In this document: positions 1 through 12,281 of the stretch, piece by piece
Position numbering within the stretch: position 1 is the first letter of the stretch
How the letters are laid out: every line of letters begins with the position of its first letter
DNA from: Octopus sinensis
Lineage: Eukaryota
Assembly (NCBI RefSeq): GCF_006345805.1
Contig: NC_043003.1
Location: 20,398,001-20,462,000, forward strand
Direction: 5' to 3'
Length of the DNA: 64,000 bases
Translations under genes and position numbers: made by a program
Notes under the pieces: model-generated
Told to the model about the DNA's origin: nothing
Databases searched by the model: none
The model's input: only the letters and a program-made list of their open reading frames with translations

Positions 1-379
1 ATCTTCCCGTTTCGTTTCCATTACGTCTATTTACTTTTCCGTTTCGTTCCTCTTTTATTTCTTCTTTTCGTTCCTCCTTAATTTTCGTTTCATTTCTTTT
101 TTTCTGTTTTCGTTTTCTTTTTGATCGTCTGTCATTTACTTATTTTCGCGTTTTCATGCTTCCAAAACATGCTTAAAGAATACTAGCCACTACTATCTTT
201 GTGGCGAGCTCCTTTTCCTGCAACTTCAGACTAATCCATGTTGATCCATTGATAAACCAAAAACCAAAATTATTTTATATAACAATATGATTCTTTATTT
301 CTATTTAATGTGACGGATAATCAAATGATCCATACTCCTTTGTTAAAAGAAACACGCATTCTATGCAAGTACTACTGTG

Positions 380-1620
380 TAGTACTTGCATAGACTGGGA
401 CTGATGCTTAAGTCGAAATTAAACGGACGGAATAAGAGTGAAGCTATCAACACCTGAGCGGTTTCACTCCTTGGATATGGAGCAGGAGTAATCGCATGGA
501 CAGTAGACAAACTAAACAGCTTAGACAGAAAGAAAGGAAGGTGCTGACTAGATATGGGATCCGCCACCCAAAAAGTGACAGAGACAGACTGTATATACCA
601 AGAAAAAGTGGAGTAAGAGAAGGATGCGAAGACAGCGTTAGAGCAGAATAAAACAACATGGAATGGTATGTAAAAAATGCCACAGAACCACTATCATTGG
701 AAGTAAGAAGGTCAGACTTGTGTAGGATGGTAGATTGCAAAGATAAGTCACTGTACAAGCACTTGAGAACGAATGAAACTGAAAATAGGCGGATAATGAA
801 AAGAATGCATGGATAATTTCATAAGAATGTTGAAGATATGACAGACAGAGAAAAAAGTTGGCTATGGATGATTAAAATGATTTAAAACCGGAAACGGAGG
901 CTCTAATCTGAGATGCACAAGAGCTAGCACAAAGAACAAATTACATCAAATACAGAATTAGCAACACATCAGAAAGTGATAAGTGCAGAATTTGTGAGAA
1001 AATGGTGAAACTGTATGGCATGTTACCAGTCAATGTACGCCACTAGCCCAGAAAGAATATAAGAGACGTCATGAAAATACAGCAAGGACTGTCCATTGGA
1101 CACTTTGCAATAGGTATGGACTTGATAGAGCAAAAAGCGGTATGAACATAAATCCGAAGGCATCATCGAAAATGATAATGCAAAGATCCTAAGGGATCTT
1201 ATGATTCAGTGCGACCATAAGAATAGAAAGCCATACGTAGTGTTAATTGAGAAAGAAAGCAAACGATGTGGATCATAGGTATAGCATGCGCAGCTGACAA
1301 GGTATGCGATCAGAAAGAAAGAAAAGTCGATAGATATGACAGGTTAGCTTGGGAGGTTATGCAGTTGTGGTTTATGAAAAAGTGGTAATAGTACTAATAA
1401 TTGTCGGAGTCCTGGGAACAGTGAGTAAAGATCTTGAGAAGTACATGGAAAAAAATAGGGGCTGCAATGAGGGTGAAGCACTTGCAGAAAACAGCACTGC
1501 TTAGAACCGCTCGAATACTTCGGATGGTAGTGAACATCTGGCACCGTAGTACATCTCCAGCGATAGAAGCCGTGCAAAGACCATAATATGATGATAACAA
1601 TAATGATAATGATAATGATA
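380..1620 (+). mobile_element. Decayed, 5'-truncated R4/Dong-clade non-LTR retrotransposon (RT thumb, CCHC knuckle, RLE endonuclease)
   Basis: Manual translation across stops and frameshifts: LKSKLNGRNKSEAINT*AVSLLGYGAG, HPKSDRDRLYIPRK, KCRICEK..ETVWHVTSQCTPLAQKEYKRRH, IENDNAKIL.DLMIQCDH, VPIIVGVLGTVSKDLEKY-like, LQKTALL.TARILRMV. ATAATG tail follows. Confidence 0.9.
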
Positions 1621-1714
1621 CTGGGCTTCGTATATTTTTATATTTTACCCCAGTGTCACTTTGATGGCATGCTCTGCTCGCTCACTCAATAATAATAATA
1701 ATAATAATAATAAT
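1621..1714 (+). mobile_element. 3' end (~70 bp) of the ~555-bp TAA-associated element plus (AAT)n tail
   Basis: ctgggcttcgtatatt...ttaccccagtgtcactttgatggcatgctctgctcgctcactc-aataat is the reverse complement of the left end of the copies at 3945, 36977, 37559 and 38186. Confidence 0.85.
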
Positions 1715-1950
1715 ACGAGACACCAGTAGTGATCGGAGGCTCGGCTCAATCCCATTGAAACTTCAAAACTTCTTAAGGTAACTGGAAATCCCATACAAGA
1801 TTGATGTCTTGCAAAAAGCAGCCTTATTGGGAAGAACAGTGCACATCTTAAGGAAGGTATTGTCTGTCTGACGTCCTTGTTGTGACTTGACAGATGACTA
1901 AAGACTTCGGTGCATTTTTACCTACACTGTGGTACGAAGAAATAATAATA
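1715..1950 (+). mobile_element. 3' terminal fragment of a second R4/RLE-type LINE family
   Basis: TPVVIG..LGSIPLKLQNFLR.LEIPYKIDVLQKAALLG..VHILRKVLSV*, then a short UTR and an (AAT)n tail. Confidence 0.75.
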
Positions 1951-1952
1951 AT

Positions 1953-2539
1953 CATTTCTGCTGGAGGCACAAGGCCTAAAATTTGTGGGGAAGGAACTAG
2001 TCGATGTAATCGACCATAATATTTTACTGATACTTAATTTATCGATCACGAAAGGATGAAATGCAAAGTGGACTTCGTCGGAATTTAAACACAGAACGTA
2101 GCGAGATACCGCTAAGCATTTCGTTCGCCGTCCTAACGATACTTATTTCTTTAATGCCCACAAAGGGCTACACACAGAGGGGACAAACAAGGACAGACAA
2201 ACGGATTAAGTCGATTACATCGACCCCAGTGCGTAGCTGGTACTTATTTAATCGACTCCGAAAGGATAAAAGGCAATGTCGATCTCGGCGGAATTTGAAC
2301 TCAGAACGTAGCGGCAGACGAAATACCTATTTCTTTAGTACCTACAAGGGGCTAAACACAGAGAGGACAGACAATGACAGACAAACGGATTAAGTCGATT
2401 ACATCGATCCCAGTGCGTAACTGGTACTTAATTTATCGACCCCGAAAGGATGAAAGGCAAAATCGACCTCGGCGGAATTTGAACTCAGAATGTAACGGCA
2501 GACGAAATACGGCTACGCATTTCTGCCAGCTTGCCGCCT
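1953..2539 (-). mobile_element. tRNA-derived SINE family A: one copy plus one copy with a duplicated body
   Basis: Head ggcggc(a/g)agctggcagaa, B-box gagttcaaattcc, core gcctttcatcctttcggggtcgataaattaagtaccag. Body is repeated at 2141-2330 and 2331-2515. Confidence 0.85.
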
Positions 2540-2574
2540 TAATGATGATGATAAGGATGATGATGATGATGATG

Positions 2575-2624
<50 letters not shown>

Positions 2625-3281
2625 CAGCAATAAAAATAATAATTGCAATAATACTAACAACAACAATAGTAATCATAATCCTAATTTGAAAAATATGGGC
2701 AGTAAATTGAAGCTGAAGAATACGGGTGTATTGTTAGCAACTGTGATTATTTGTGATGCTGCGATCGGGATTATGTGTGCAACAATAGTTGTTATTGAAT
2801 TGAACTAACTTCATATCATTGATATGAAGCATCAATATATCGTTATTGAAAGGGTTAATGTTGTCTAGCTATCAATCAATCAGATAAAAGAACTGTATGA
2901 ATTTTCATTGATCTGAATGAGGCTGCTAATGTTTATTTAATGGGTAGAGCATAATGACGATGATGATAATTATGAAGACGACGATGATGATGGTGGTGGT
3001 GGTGGTGGTGATGGTGGCGATTGTTGTGTTTGTGATGTTGGCGATAGTGGTTGTGGGGGTGATGATGAAGGTGGTGGTGGCGATAATGAAGATGATGGCT
3101 GCGGCGGTCTTGATGGTGGCGGTGGTGATGAAGATGATATGATGATAACAATGATGATGATGATGGCGATAATGATGACGACGATGATAATGATGACGAT
3201 AATGAGAGTGATGATAATGAGAATGAGTAGGATGACAGTCAAGATGATAATGATGAGGATAATGATGATGATGATGAAAAC

Positions 3282-3314
<33 letters not shown>

Positions 3315-3659
3315 CATGATCATGATCATGATGACAATGATAATAATGATGATGAGGTTGACGATGACGATGTCCTTGACAGTGTTGACGATAATGATGA
3401 TGATGATGATGATGATGGCATTGATGGTTGTTCGAAAAACGAAGATGGTGACGATTAGGCTGACCCTGATCGGTGTGGTGGTTGTATAGAATTGCACGGA
3501 TGAGAACGTGTGTCTTGAATGTTTATTGGTTCGTGTGATTTTGCATCCCCTAAGATGTAAACCTGGCGATTTTCCCAATTTCCAAACTCTACGATTTAAA
3601 AAGTGTTGGTGCTGATACTTGTTTTGTAGTGTTGTTAGCTCTAGGTTTAACATTAATTG

Positions 3660-3870
3660 GTGAGGGCTCATGACCTAGTAGATAAGGTGGTCTACTTACG
3701 ATCATAAAATAGTGGTTTCAAATCCTGGACCGCGTGGTACGTTGTGTTCTTGAGCGAAACATTTCGCCTTACGATGCTCTGCAATTACTTTGACACGTGT
3801 TCCTGTACAGGCAACGTGGATTTGATGCAGGGAAGTCAGTTAATGTATAGAGTAAATATTTCATCACCTT
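3660..3870 (+). mobile_element. Degenerate tRNA-derived SINE (family D)
   Basis: A-box-like tgacctagtag, B-box-like ggtttcaaatcc, then gttgtgttcttgagc. Similar to 11655-11880. Confidence 0.55.
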
Positions 3871-3944
3871 AAACAAAGTATTTCTACTGCTTGTACTGCA
3901 AGAAATTGTAGAACTGTCTCTTTTAGACTACGAGAGAATACTAT

Positions 3945-4497
3945 TGAGTGAGAGAGGAGTGCATGCCATCAAAGTGACACTGGGGTAAAATATACGAAGC
4001 CCAGTATACCCATCATGACTACCCGTCTGATAGGGGTACACTAGGCACATGCATCCCAACCATATGTGCGCGACATGGTGATCTCATATCAAGATAAACA
4101 GCACATGACCTTGCAGGTGGAGCCCAGTTAGAATTTTCTTCTGGTCGAGTAACCCATCCCGCTCAAAAGTTCCCTGAATAAGGGTTGTTTAAGGATATTG
4201 AACGAAACACCCATGTTTCCGGAGGCGAATTATTAAAACCCCAAAGAATTCCTCTCAACACATGATGCTCCCCCACTACTTCTGCTCGTGATCAGAGATG
4301 CACGTATCACCAGCCACTAAGGGACATGCTCAACTGGTTAAGGTCAAACAACTGACAAGTAAATCTATATTATTGAGCAGAATATTTGCTGCAGCCCATC
4401 TTTCCTACCAAGACAAAACAATATACATGATAACACTTCCAATCAGTTAAGATCAGAAGCCACGACAGCCACTGCCTGGTACTGCATCAGGGCATTT
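3945..4497 (-). mobile_element. ~555-bp non-coding element abutting an (AAT)n tract (copy 0)
   Basis: Near-identical to the three copies at 36977-38710 and has the same termini. Confidence 0.9.
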
Positions 4498-4528
4498 ATT
4501 TATTTATTTATCTATTTATTTATTTATT

Positions 4529-4604
<76 letters not shown>

Positions 4605-4627
4605 CCACTGTCTGGAATCGACTAATA

Positions 4628-4687
<60 letters not shown>

Positions 4688-4688
4688 C

Positions 4689-4737
<49 letters not shown>

Positions 4738-4882
4738 TAAAATAATAATAATAATAATAAAAAATAAACGAACTATTGAGTTTGGTTTAATGGCCTACCA
4801 ATGTATACTATGAGTTTCTTTGCCCTAGGAGTCGGGAAGACACTCGGCATGAAATGGAAGCAAATTTGAAAGAAGAAAAAAA

Positions 4883-4946
<64 letters not shown>

Positions 4947-4950
4947 TAAT
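4497..4950. repeat. (ATT)n, 22-bp SINE-head remnant, then (AAT)n tracts
   Basis: Direct reading. caggccactgtctggaatcgact at 4601-4622 matches the tRNA-like head at 38807-38832. Confidence 0.9.
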
Positions 4951-5474
4951 AGCAATAATGATAGTAATATATTCGGACTGAACCCGAATATATGTGGTTA
5001 CAAAGCGAGTTTATTATCCACACAGACATGTTTGTGATTTGTTTATGAAATTTTCGCAGTCTTTTGCTCATTTTTATGGACTCGATAAATTTTCAATAAT
5101 ATTTTCAGTTTTATTAAAAGAAGAGTTTTTTTTTAATAATTTTAAAGGAAATATTTTCGGACAGGTACTAAAATATAAATATCTGGACTATGAAAGGTAA
5201 AACATTACTTAGAACATTGCAAAAATATTAGAAATGATGAATGAAAATAACTGTAAATATATCAAATTAACAAAGCATATAAAATTCCCAACGGGTATAA
5301 AATAAACGAAGGTATGATAGTAAAATTCAAATATCGGTGCCATAAAGACTGCAGAATATATATTATGGAGGAGAGTGTTGAGAAAATGAAGAATCGACTG
5401 TTTGGTTGTATACTAAGCAATATTTTTAATTTTTCGTGTTTATACATTCTTATTGTAGTACTCAGGGTAAAGGG

Positions 5475-5780
5475 TAAGGAGCCTCTTCGGTCACGATTAA
5501 CCATAGAATTGCACTCAGAAATTCCGAGGCATAAATCTGGATAAGTTTGTTTATGAAAGACCAGCAGTCACCCATGCATGCCAATCTCTATTATCCACGG
5601 CACTGGTATTGTCCAAGGGGAAGGCAAAAGCCGATACAGCTTGGTAACGTTTATGTCACTACTCATTTCTACAACTGAGTGAATTGGAGCAACTTATAGG
5701 GTACAAATATATAGCCGATCTCGGAATCGAGCTCACAACCTCACATTTGTAAGTTCGACGCTTTGAGCACTGAACCATAG
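5475..5780 (-). mobile_element. tRNA-derived SINE family C, degenerate
   Basis: Shares actcatttctaca.ctgagtg..tggagcaac and ggaatcga.ctcacaacc with 15953, 26690 and 34263. Confidence 0.7.
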
Positions 5781-5982
5781 GATTTCTGTTTTATCAAAGG
5801 AACGGGCATTCTGAGGACAGGGAAATTTAAAACTAGTCTTCACAGACTAGATCAATGTGAAGTGAAGTGTTTTACTCAATATCACAATGATCATAAGATA
5901 GTGATTTCGATATTACATACAAACATACATACATACATACATACATACCTACATATATACATATAAATATATATATATATAA

Positions 5983-6012
<30 letters not shown>

Positions 6013-6017
<5 letters not shown>

Positions 6018-6225
6018 TAATCCAAACATGAAAAAACACAAAGAGAAAATACAACAACGCGGGGACGTGGAACAAATATAGTATTATGGGACGCTCAGGA
6101 AGGAAGGGAAGAAGGGCTTAACGTTTCGAGCGGAGCTCTTCGTCGGAAACATAGGAGAAGGAAAGATCCAGAGAAGGGAAGACGGAGGAAAAAAATCGCC
6201 AACGGTACACACGCGATATAACAAC
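6013..6225 (-). mobile_element. Short Penelope-type terminal repeat element in (TA)n carrying a minimal hammerhead-like motif
   Basis: Shares cgttggcgatttt and ttccgacgaaga..gctcgaaacgt with 60095-60330. Confidence 0.55.
6116..6150 (-). ncRNA. Minimal type-I hammerhead-like motif, CCGACGA core variant
   Basis: Minus strand reads gttt-CCGACGA-a-GAGC-tcc-GCTC-GAAA-cg-TT-aagc. Confidence 0.5.
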
Positions 6226-6243
6226 ACACACATACATATATAT

Positions 6244-6274
<31 letters not shown>

Positions 6275-6380
6275 TATATATATAATATATATATCTATAT
6301 ATATATATTATATATATATATAATGTATATATATATGTGCATATGTATAATATGTATATGTATATATATAGGTATATTGC

Positions 6381-6423
<43 letters not shown>

Positions 6424-6429
6424 ATATAA

Positions 6430-7003
6430 AACAGCACAGAACTGGGTGGCAGATGGAACATCTAATTGCTGCTCCAGTATAATTTTTCAGTTATATATAC
6501 TCCTTCACATTCAAATTGATCATTTCAATGCCCCAAGATTGTTCGTGTTGCTCTCAGACAAAAGTCTAAATGTATATAGTAGACTTTTTGCTAAAATAAA
6601 TGAACTACTGCAGAATGAGGGACCTGATAATATAATCATGGATTTCGAAAAAACAGCCGATAATGGATTCCTGGAATCGTTTCATGGGTCGAATTTGGCA
6701 TGCTGCTTGTTTCATTTAGGGCAAAATGTGTACAAATATGTTGTGCAAGTAGGACTAAATTGCAGATATCACGAAGATGACAGTTTTAGTCTAAAAATGC
6801 GGTGTTTTTTTTGCCCTTGCCTTCCTGTCGGTTGATGATGTTGCAGTTGGATACGAACAACTTGTAGATGATGATGATATTCGACAGTCAATTGTATCCT
6901 ATTTTGAAAATGATTATATTGGACCACCTAGAGCAGAGGTTCCTAACCTGGAGTCAGTTGTTCGCAAAGGTAGTACTGGGGGTCCGTGAATTAAGTTCAA
7001 ATT

Positions 7004-7043
<40 letters not shown>

Positions 7044-7124
7044 CATATATATATGTATATATATATATATGTATATATATATGTATATATATATTATATG
7101 TATATATCTTATAATATATATATA

Positions 7125-7183
<59 letters not shown>

Positions 7184-7726
7184 TATATAATATATAAGGA
7201 TAAGCATATAAAAAGGGGCCGTGGGAACCGCTGTTGGGAACCACTGTGAAAAGATTGGGAACCGCTGACCTGCAGGAAGAGGACAAATGAGGCGAGGCCT
7301 TGAACTTCCATTTCCATTACCCATATGGAATATTCGGGATCGATGTATGACGGGAATTATTTGTACTACAAATAGCTTAGAAGCCTGCCACAGCGCGCTG
7401 AAAAACACAGTGAATATTAGTCACCAAATATTTGGAAACTTATTGATGTGATTAAATGTGAGGAAAGGTTTGCCAGTACCAAATTGCAGAAGTTTTTGCA
7501 AGGAGAAGAAACAAGCCAAAAGAAAAAATACAAAAATGTGAACCTGCGTATAAAAAAAGACATGGAAAAATATGATCGAAACCCCCAAATTATTTTTCCT
7601 AAAGGCAATTGCGCACAATCTTAAATTTTAAGAAGAAATAAATATGTAATACAGCGACGAATTGGTTGATGACGAATTGACAAATTAAACGACGACAAAT
7701 TACCGTCGACGAATTGACAGGACACC
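6430..7726 (+). mobile_element. Decayed Mutator/MULE transposase, 3' half with right TIR, interrupted by a hAT MITE
   Basis: WVADGT, IIMDFEK and CCLFHLGQN motifs. After a frameshift: ALAFLSVDDV..SYFENDYIG. After the insertion: [25 protein letters not shown]-like. Terminal repeats gacgaattgac end in caggacacc at 7726. Confidence 0.9.
6934..7267. mobile_element. hAT (Charlie-like) MITE with internal (TA)n
   Basis: TIRs CAGAGGTTCCTAA and CAGCGGTTCCCAA (reverse complement). 8-bp flanks acctagag / acctgcag match 6/8, with a central TA in the left copy. Confidence 0.8.
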
Positions 7727-7784
7727 AAATATATAAAGATATATATATATATATATAATATATATATATATATTATATATATAA

Positions 7785-7846
<62 letters not shown>

Positions 7847-7984
7847 TATGTATATATATATAATATATATTATATATAATATATATATATATATAATATA
7901 TATTTACATACTTACATATATATGTGTGTGTGTGTGTATATAGTATATATATACATATATATATACACATACATACACACACAT

Positions 7985-7999
<15 letters not shown>

Positions 8000-8015
<16 letters not shown>

Positions 8016-8185
8016 AATACATATACACGATAGGCTTCTTTACATTTTCATCCATAAGATCCAAACTTAAGAGGTTTTGGTGAACCTGACGCTATAGTAG
8101 AAGACCCTTGCCCAAAGTGCCGCGCGCAGTGTGACTGAAACCGAAAGCATGTGATTGGGAAGCAGACTTCTTATCACACAACTAA
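8000..8185 (-). mobile_element. SINE family B, head/core fragment
   Basis: Reverse complement of ggttcagtcccactgcg..cttgggcaagtgtcttctactatag. Confidence 0.7.
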
Positions 8186-10489
8186 CTGCTTTATTTGAGC
8201 TATACAATCTGTATTTGCGTGTAAGTACTATTTGCAAACTAAGAGATAATATGGCATATGTATTACTGACATGTGAAAACATGCTTGTATGAGGGTGATA
8301 ATTGTCATACGTCCATATTTACTGGCTTTCAGTGTGAAATTTATCTTATTGATACTTGTTATCGAATGCTTCGCTTGTTTTGCATACACAAAGTCATCCG
8401 TTTTACGCCATGATGTGTATAATATAAACAGTTGACAATTAGATATAACAGATTATTTCCACCGATGATATCATATATATTGTTGTATATTCTGATACCT
8501 TTATCGTTCTCATAGGGCACTGGAAAATGATTTCGTATATAATAAACAGAAGGGCATACAACAAAGAAAAGAGCCTCCAAGAATTTGCTTTCACTTCGAC
8601 TGGATACCAGAAAATGTTCCTCTAAATCACACCCTAGGGTTTAAAAGTAATAGAAGGACATTGGATAATGTGGTCTTAAATATCTATTAAGGGGACGACC
8701 TGGTCATAGTTGGAAAGTTTTTGACTATTGATTTTTCCTCCTTCAGGGTCAAACTAGGACTAAGGAACAACGACACAGAGATACAAATATCTATCTATCT
8801 ACTTTTCTAAGCACGTATATATACATATATATATATATATATTATATATATATATATACATACATATATGTCTTATATCTGTATAAAACGATGTTATATG
8901 CATACATTATATGTATGTATATATATATATACATTATATGTATGTATGTATGTATGTATAAATCTATATATATATTATATATATTATAATATATATATAT
9001 ATATATATATAATATGTATGTATATATAGAAACATAATATAACGTTACATATATATATATATATATAATATATAACGTTATATATATATATATACACATA
9101 CATACTTATATATATATAGAGAGAGAGAGATGCATATATATATATGTGGTGTGTGTATGTGTGCGTTTGTGTGTATGTGTGTGTTTGTAGGTGTTCACTT
9201 TTATACATATATGCAAGAACGAAGGAATGATATTGTAGAAATTTTTTTCCCTGGGAGAAGGATAGACTGGCATGCTTTATTGTTATTTGATTCCTTTTAA
9301 AATTCTGTTCTCGTTTTACCAATGGAGAAACAATCAGAACCACAAGAGTGATTTTCCTGTTGTTTAGCCAAGCCACAGAAAATCCGAGTCCTATACCGTT
9401 GAGTCCTAAACTCGCCTGATTGTCGTGCCGATTACCAGTGTCTATGTGAGTCAACTAAAGGATTCTCAATGTGGTTACCACAAGCCAGCAAAATATACCT
9501 ACCAAATCCTCCTCCAATCACACCTTACTTTCTGAAAAATCAATAGACTGTTAATAACTGTTATAATTAACCATTATATATTCTACTGCTTATTCAGACA
9601 AGTTTTGTTATTCTATAAATACACATTATAAATAAAGGACAGTTAGAATGATAGAAAGAAAAAAAATCTATGAGAAACGAACTGGCAAATGTACTTCCGA
9701 CGAGAAAACAAATAATAATAATGAATGTAAAGACGAAAAGACTGCAATTTGAGACTCCCAGATATGATTGAAGGGTATTGATGCGTACTAATGAAGATAC
9801 ACATTTGCTCGGAATGGAATTTACACACCACATATAATCTCACTTAACAGCTCTGAGACACATTTTAAATTTTCATTGATTCATGATCTACGAGATGATA
9901 AGATGCTCCTAGTGCTTCTGAAATAGCAACCGTTGTGCCTGGAGGAAATATTGATATCGTTTTTATATAAATTTGATTAAGATTTGTAAAGAATGAGCCA
10001 ACTGAAACGAGATTACGATATATTGCAATTAATTCTTTTTGTTGCTCTCTTTTCTTCCCGAGTGAATAGAAATATTACGCCATAATGCTCAAAGTTGGGT
10101 ATAACAACAAAAGCAAGAAAAAGTAATTTACAAATAAACTCTTACAGCTGAAACATTTCAAAGATTATGAAGTGTTTCTGTTGGGAAAAAGCTTTCTAAA
10201 AGTACATTGTCGATAACTACTACAAAGTAAAAGTCGGATGCAATGAGTTTGGGGAAAAACATCGCCAGTAACTAAAAGCAGAATAAACGTAGGACTTGAA
10301 AGATCAAATGCAAAGTGAAACGCTAAAAGGGCCATAACATTTTCTTTTTATCTTCTATGCCATAGTTTATTAATGTAGTTAGGTTCTACAAAAATGTCGC
10401 ATCCCGCTGTTGATTTTAACAATGCAAAACAAGTCGGACTTGTAAACAGTTCTACCCATAACACTCGTGGTTACTATTCAAATGTCATC

Positions 10490-10995
10490 GTTTTATATGC
10501 TAGATCACTGGTGTGAAATTGATATTAATTAAATTAATATCAAATTTCTCACCCTCGTTTTAAATTTAAATTTAAATTAATGCGTTCTCTAACCGGCAAA
10601 GGCCACTGCAGTAAATTATTTTCTGCAGTATCATTTTTTCCGGTAATTTAGCGCGCCAAAACGAGGACATTTGAATAGTAACCACGAGTGTAAGAGTAGA
10701 ACTGTTAACAGGCCCGACTTGGGGCGGATGTCCAAGTATTACACTTCTGCAAATTATATTCATTTGGACGGTCACACCGAAGATCTACGGACATCTTGGG
10801 TAATTTAAACTACGTAATATGGTTATAGTGAAACATGTATGTGAATAATCCATATTTTTATTGCTTTTCTTTTGTCTTGCTCGATTACATTTTGGTATTT
10901 GCTGAATATATTTCTTGAGAATATTTCTTAGTGGTAAGGCGATAGCGGATCTACTTCTAGCATAAGGGCATCCACATAGTGGTTTCCCTCTCATA
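10490..10995 (+). mobile_element. Unclassified dispersed repeat, circularly permuted relative to the copy at 33790. Penelope-like non-autonomous candidate.
   Basis: 10495-10555 matches 33955-34015, and 10875-10995 matches 33790-33915. Ends at ccctct-(AT)n. Confidence 0.6.
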
Positions 10996-11004
10996 TATAT
11001 ATAT

Positions 11005-11053
<49 letters not shown>

Positions 11054-11413
11054 ATGTTAAATATCGAGGGTGACGCAAAGAAAGCTGCTTCTAACTTGTT
11101 TTCTGAGAAAGTGCGTACCTCTGTGTGTGCGTGTGTGCGTGTGTGCGTATGTGTATGCGTGCGCGTGTGTGTATGTGCTTGTTTGTGTGTTTGTAGTTTT
11201 CCTTTATGCTTTTCTTCGTGAGATTCAGATTACAATTCCAGTTATATTTTTCTATTTGTAAATTATGATCGTCTGATAAAACATAACCATTATTCATTCA
11301 TATATACGCTTAGTGAAGAGCGATGCGGGTGGTGGCGCAAGTTCTTTGTTCTTATCCATTCCGAATTGATTATTTTCGATAATAAGCTGAGCGTATATCA
11401 TATAATCAATGAA

Positions 11414-11494
<81 letters not shown>

Positions 11495-11514
11495 TGCTAT
11501 TGTTGTTGTTGATG

Positions 11515-11556
<42 letters not shown>

Positions 11557-11654
11557 GTATCATCATCATCAGCCTCATTATTATTAAATAAAATCTAAAC
11601 AGTTTAATTACTAATCATTATTGCATTAGTACATTATTATTATTAATTATGATA

Positions 11655-11880
11655 TGTGGGGCGCATGGTTTAGTGGTTAGTGTGCTTAACTCACCTTCGC
11701 GAGAGCGTGCGTTTGATTTTTGGGTCGGGTCGGGTGTTGTGCTCTCTTGAGCAAAACCCTTTGCAACGTAATAACTTCGATATCCAACGTGTGGCACACT
11801 GAGCACCCACACGACGAATGTCAGTTCGATGCAGGGATGGAGATTATGTGCATCATAAATATTTGATCATCCCTATAAAC
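11655..11880 (+). mobile_element. tRNA-derived SINE family D
   Basis: ggggcgcatggtttagtggttag A-box head, then gttgtgctctcttgagcaaaac. Confidence 0.6.
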
Positions 11881-11884
11881 AAAT

Positions 11885-12113
11885 CATCTCTTTTAATCTT
11901 TTACTCTTTTACTTGTTTCAGTCATTTGACTGTGGCCATGCTGGAGCACCGCCTTTAGTCGAGCAAATCAACCTCAGGACTTATTTTTTTCTGCCGAACC
12001 GCTAACTAACGGAGACGTAAACACTCCAGCATAGGTTGTCAAGCGATGTTGGGGGGGGGGTGCAAATATAGATACACAAACATATGAACAAATACACACA
12101 CACACACACACAT

Positions 12114-12151
<38 letters not shown>

Positions 12152-12200
12152 GACGGGTGTCTTTCAGTTTCCGCCTACCATATCTACTCACAAGGCTTTG
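11885..12200 (-). mobile_element. SINE family B with internal microsatellite
   Basis: cttttactcttttacttgtttcagtcatttgactg..ggccatgctggagcaccgcctttagtcgagcaaatc tail, internal (CA)(TA) tract. Confidence 0.8.
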
Positions 12201-12281
12201 GTCGTGAGTGCAGTTGGTAAATGGAAAGTTTACGAAGGCCTAGGTATATGTGTTTCTTTGCAATACCTGGAGTGTTCTTAA

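Noticed and set aside
6257-6430. N-terminal part of the 192-aa track ORF as a real MULE start
   Set aside because: It is (TA)n. Transposase similarity only begins at about 6430, and the 5' half and left TIR are missing.
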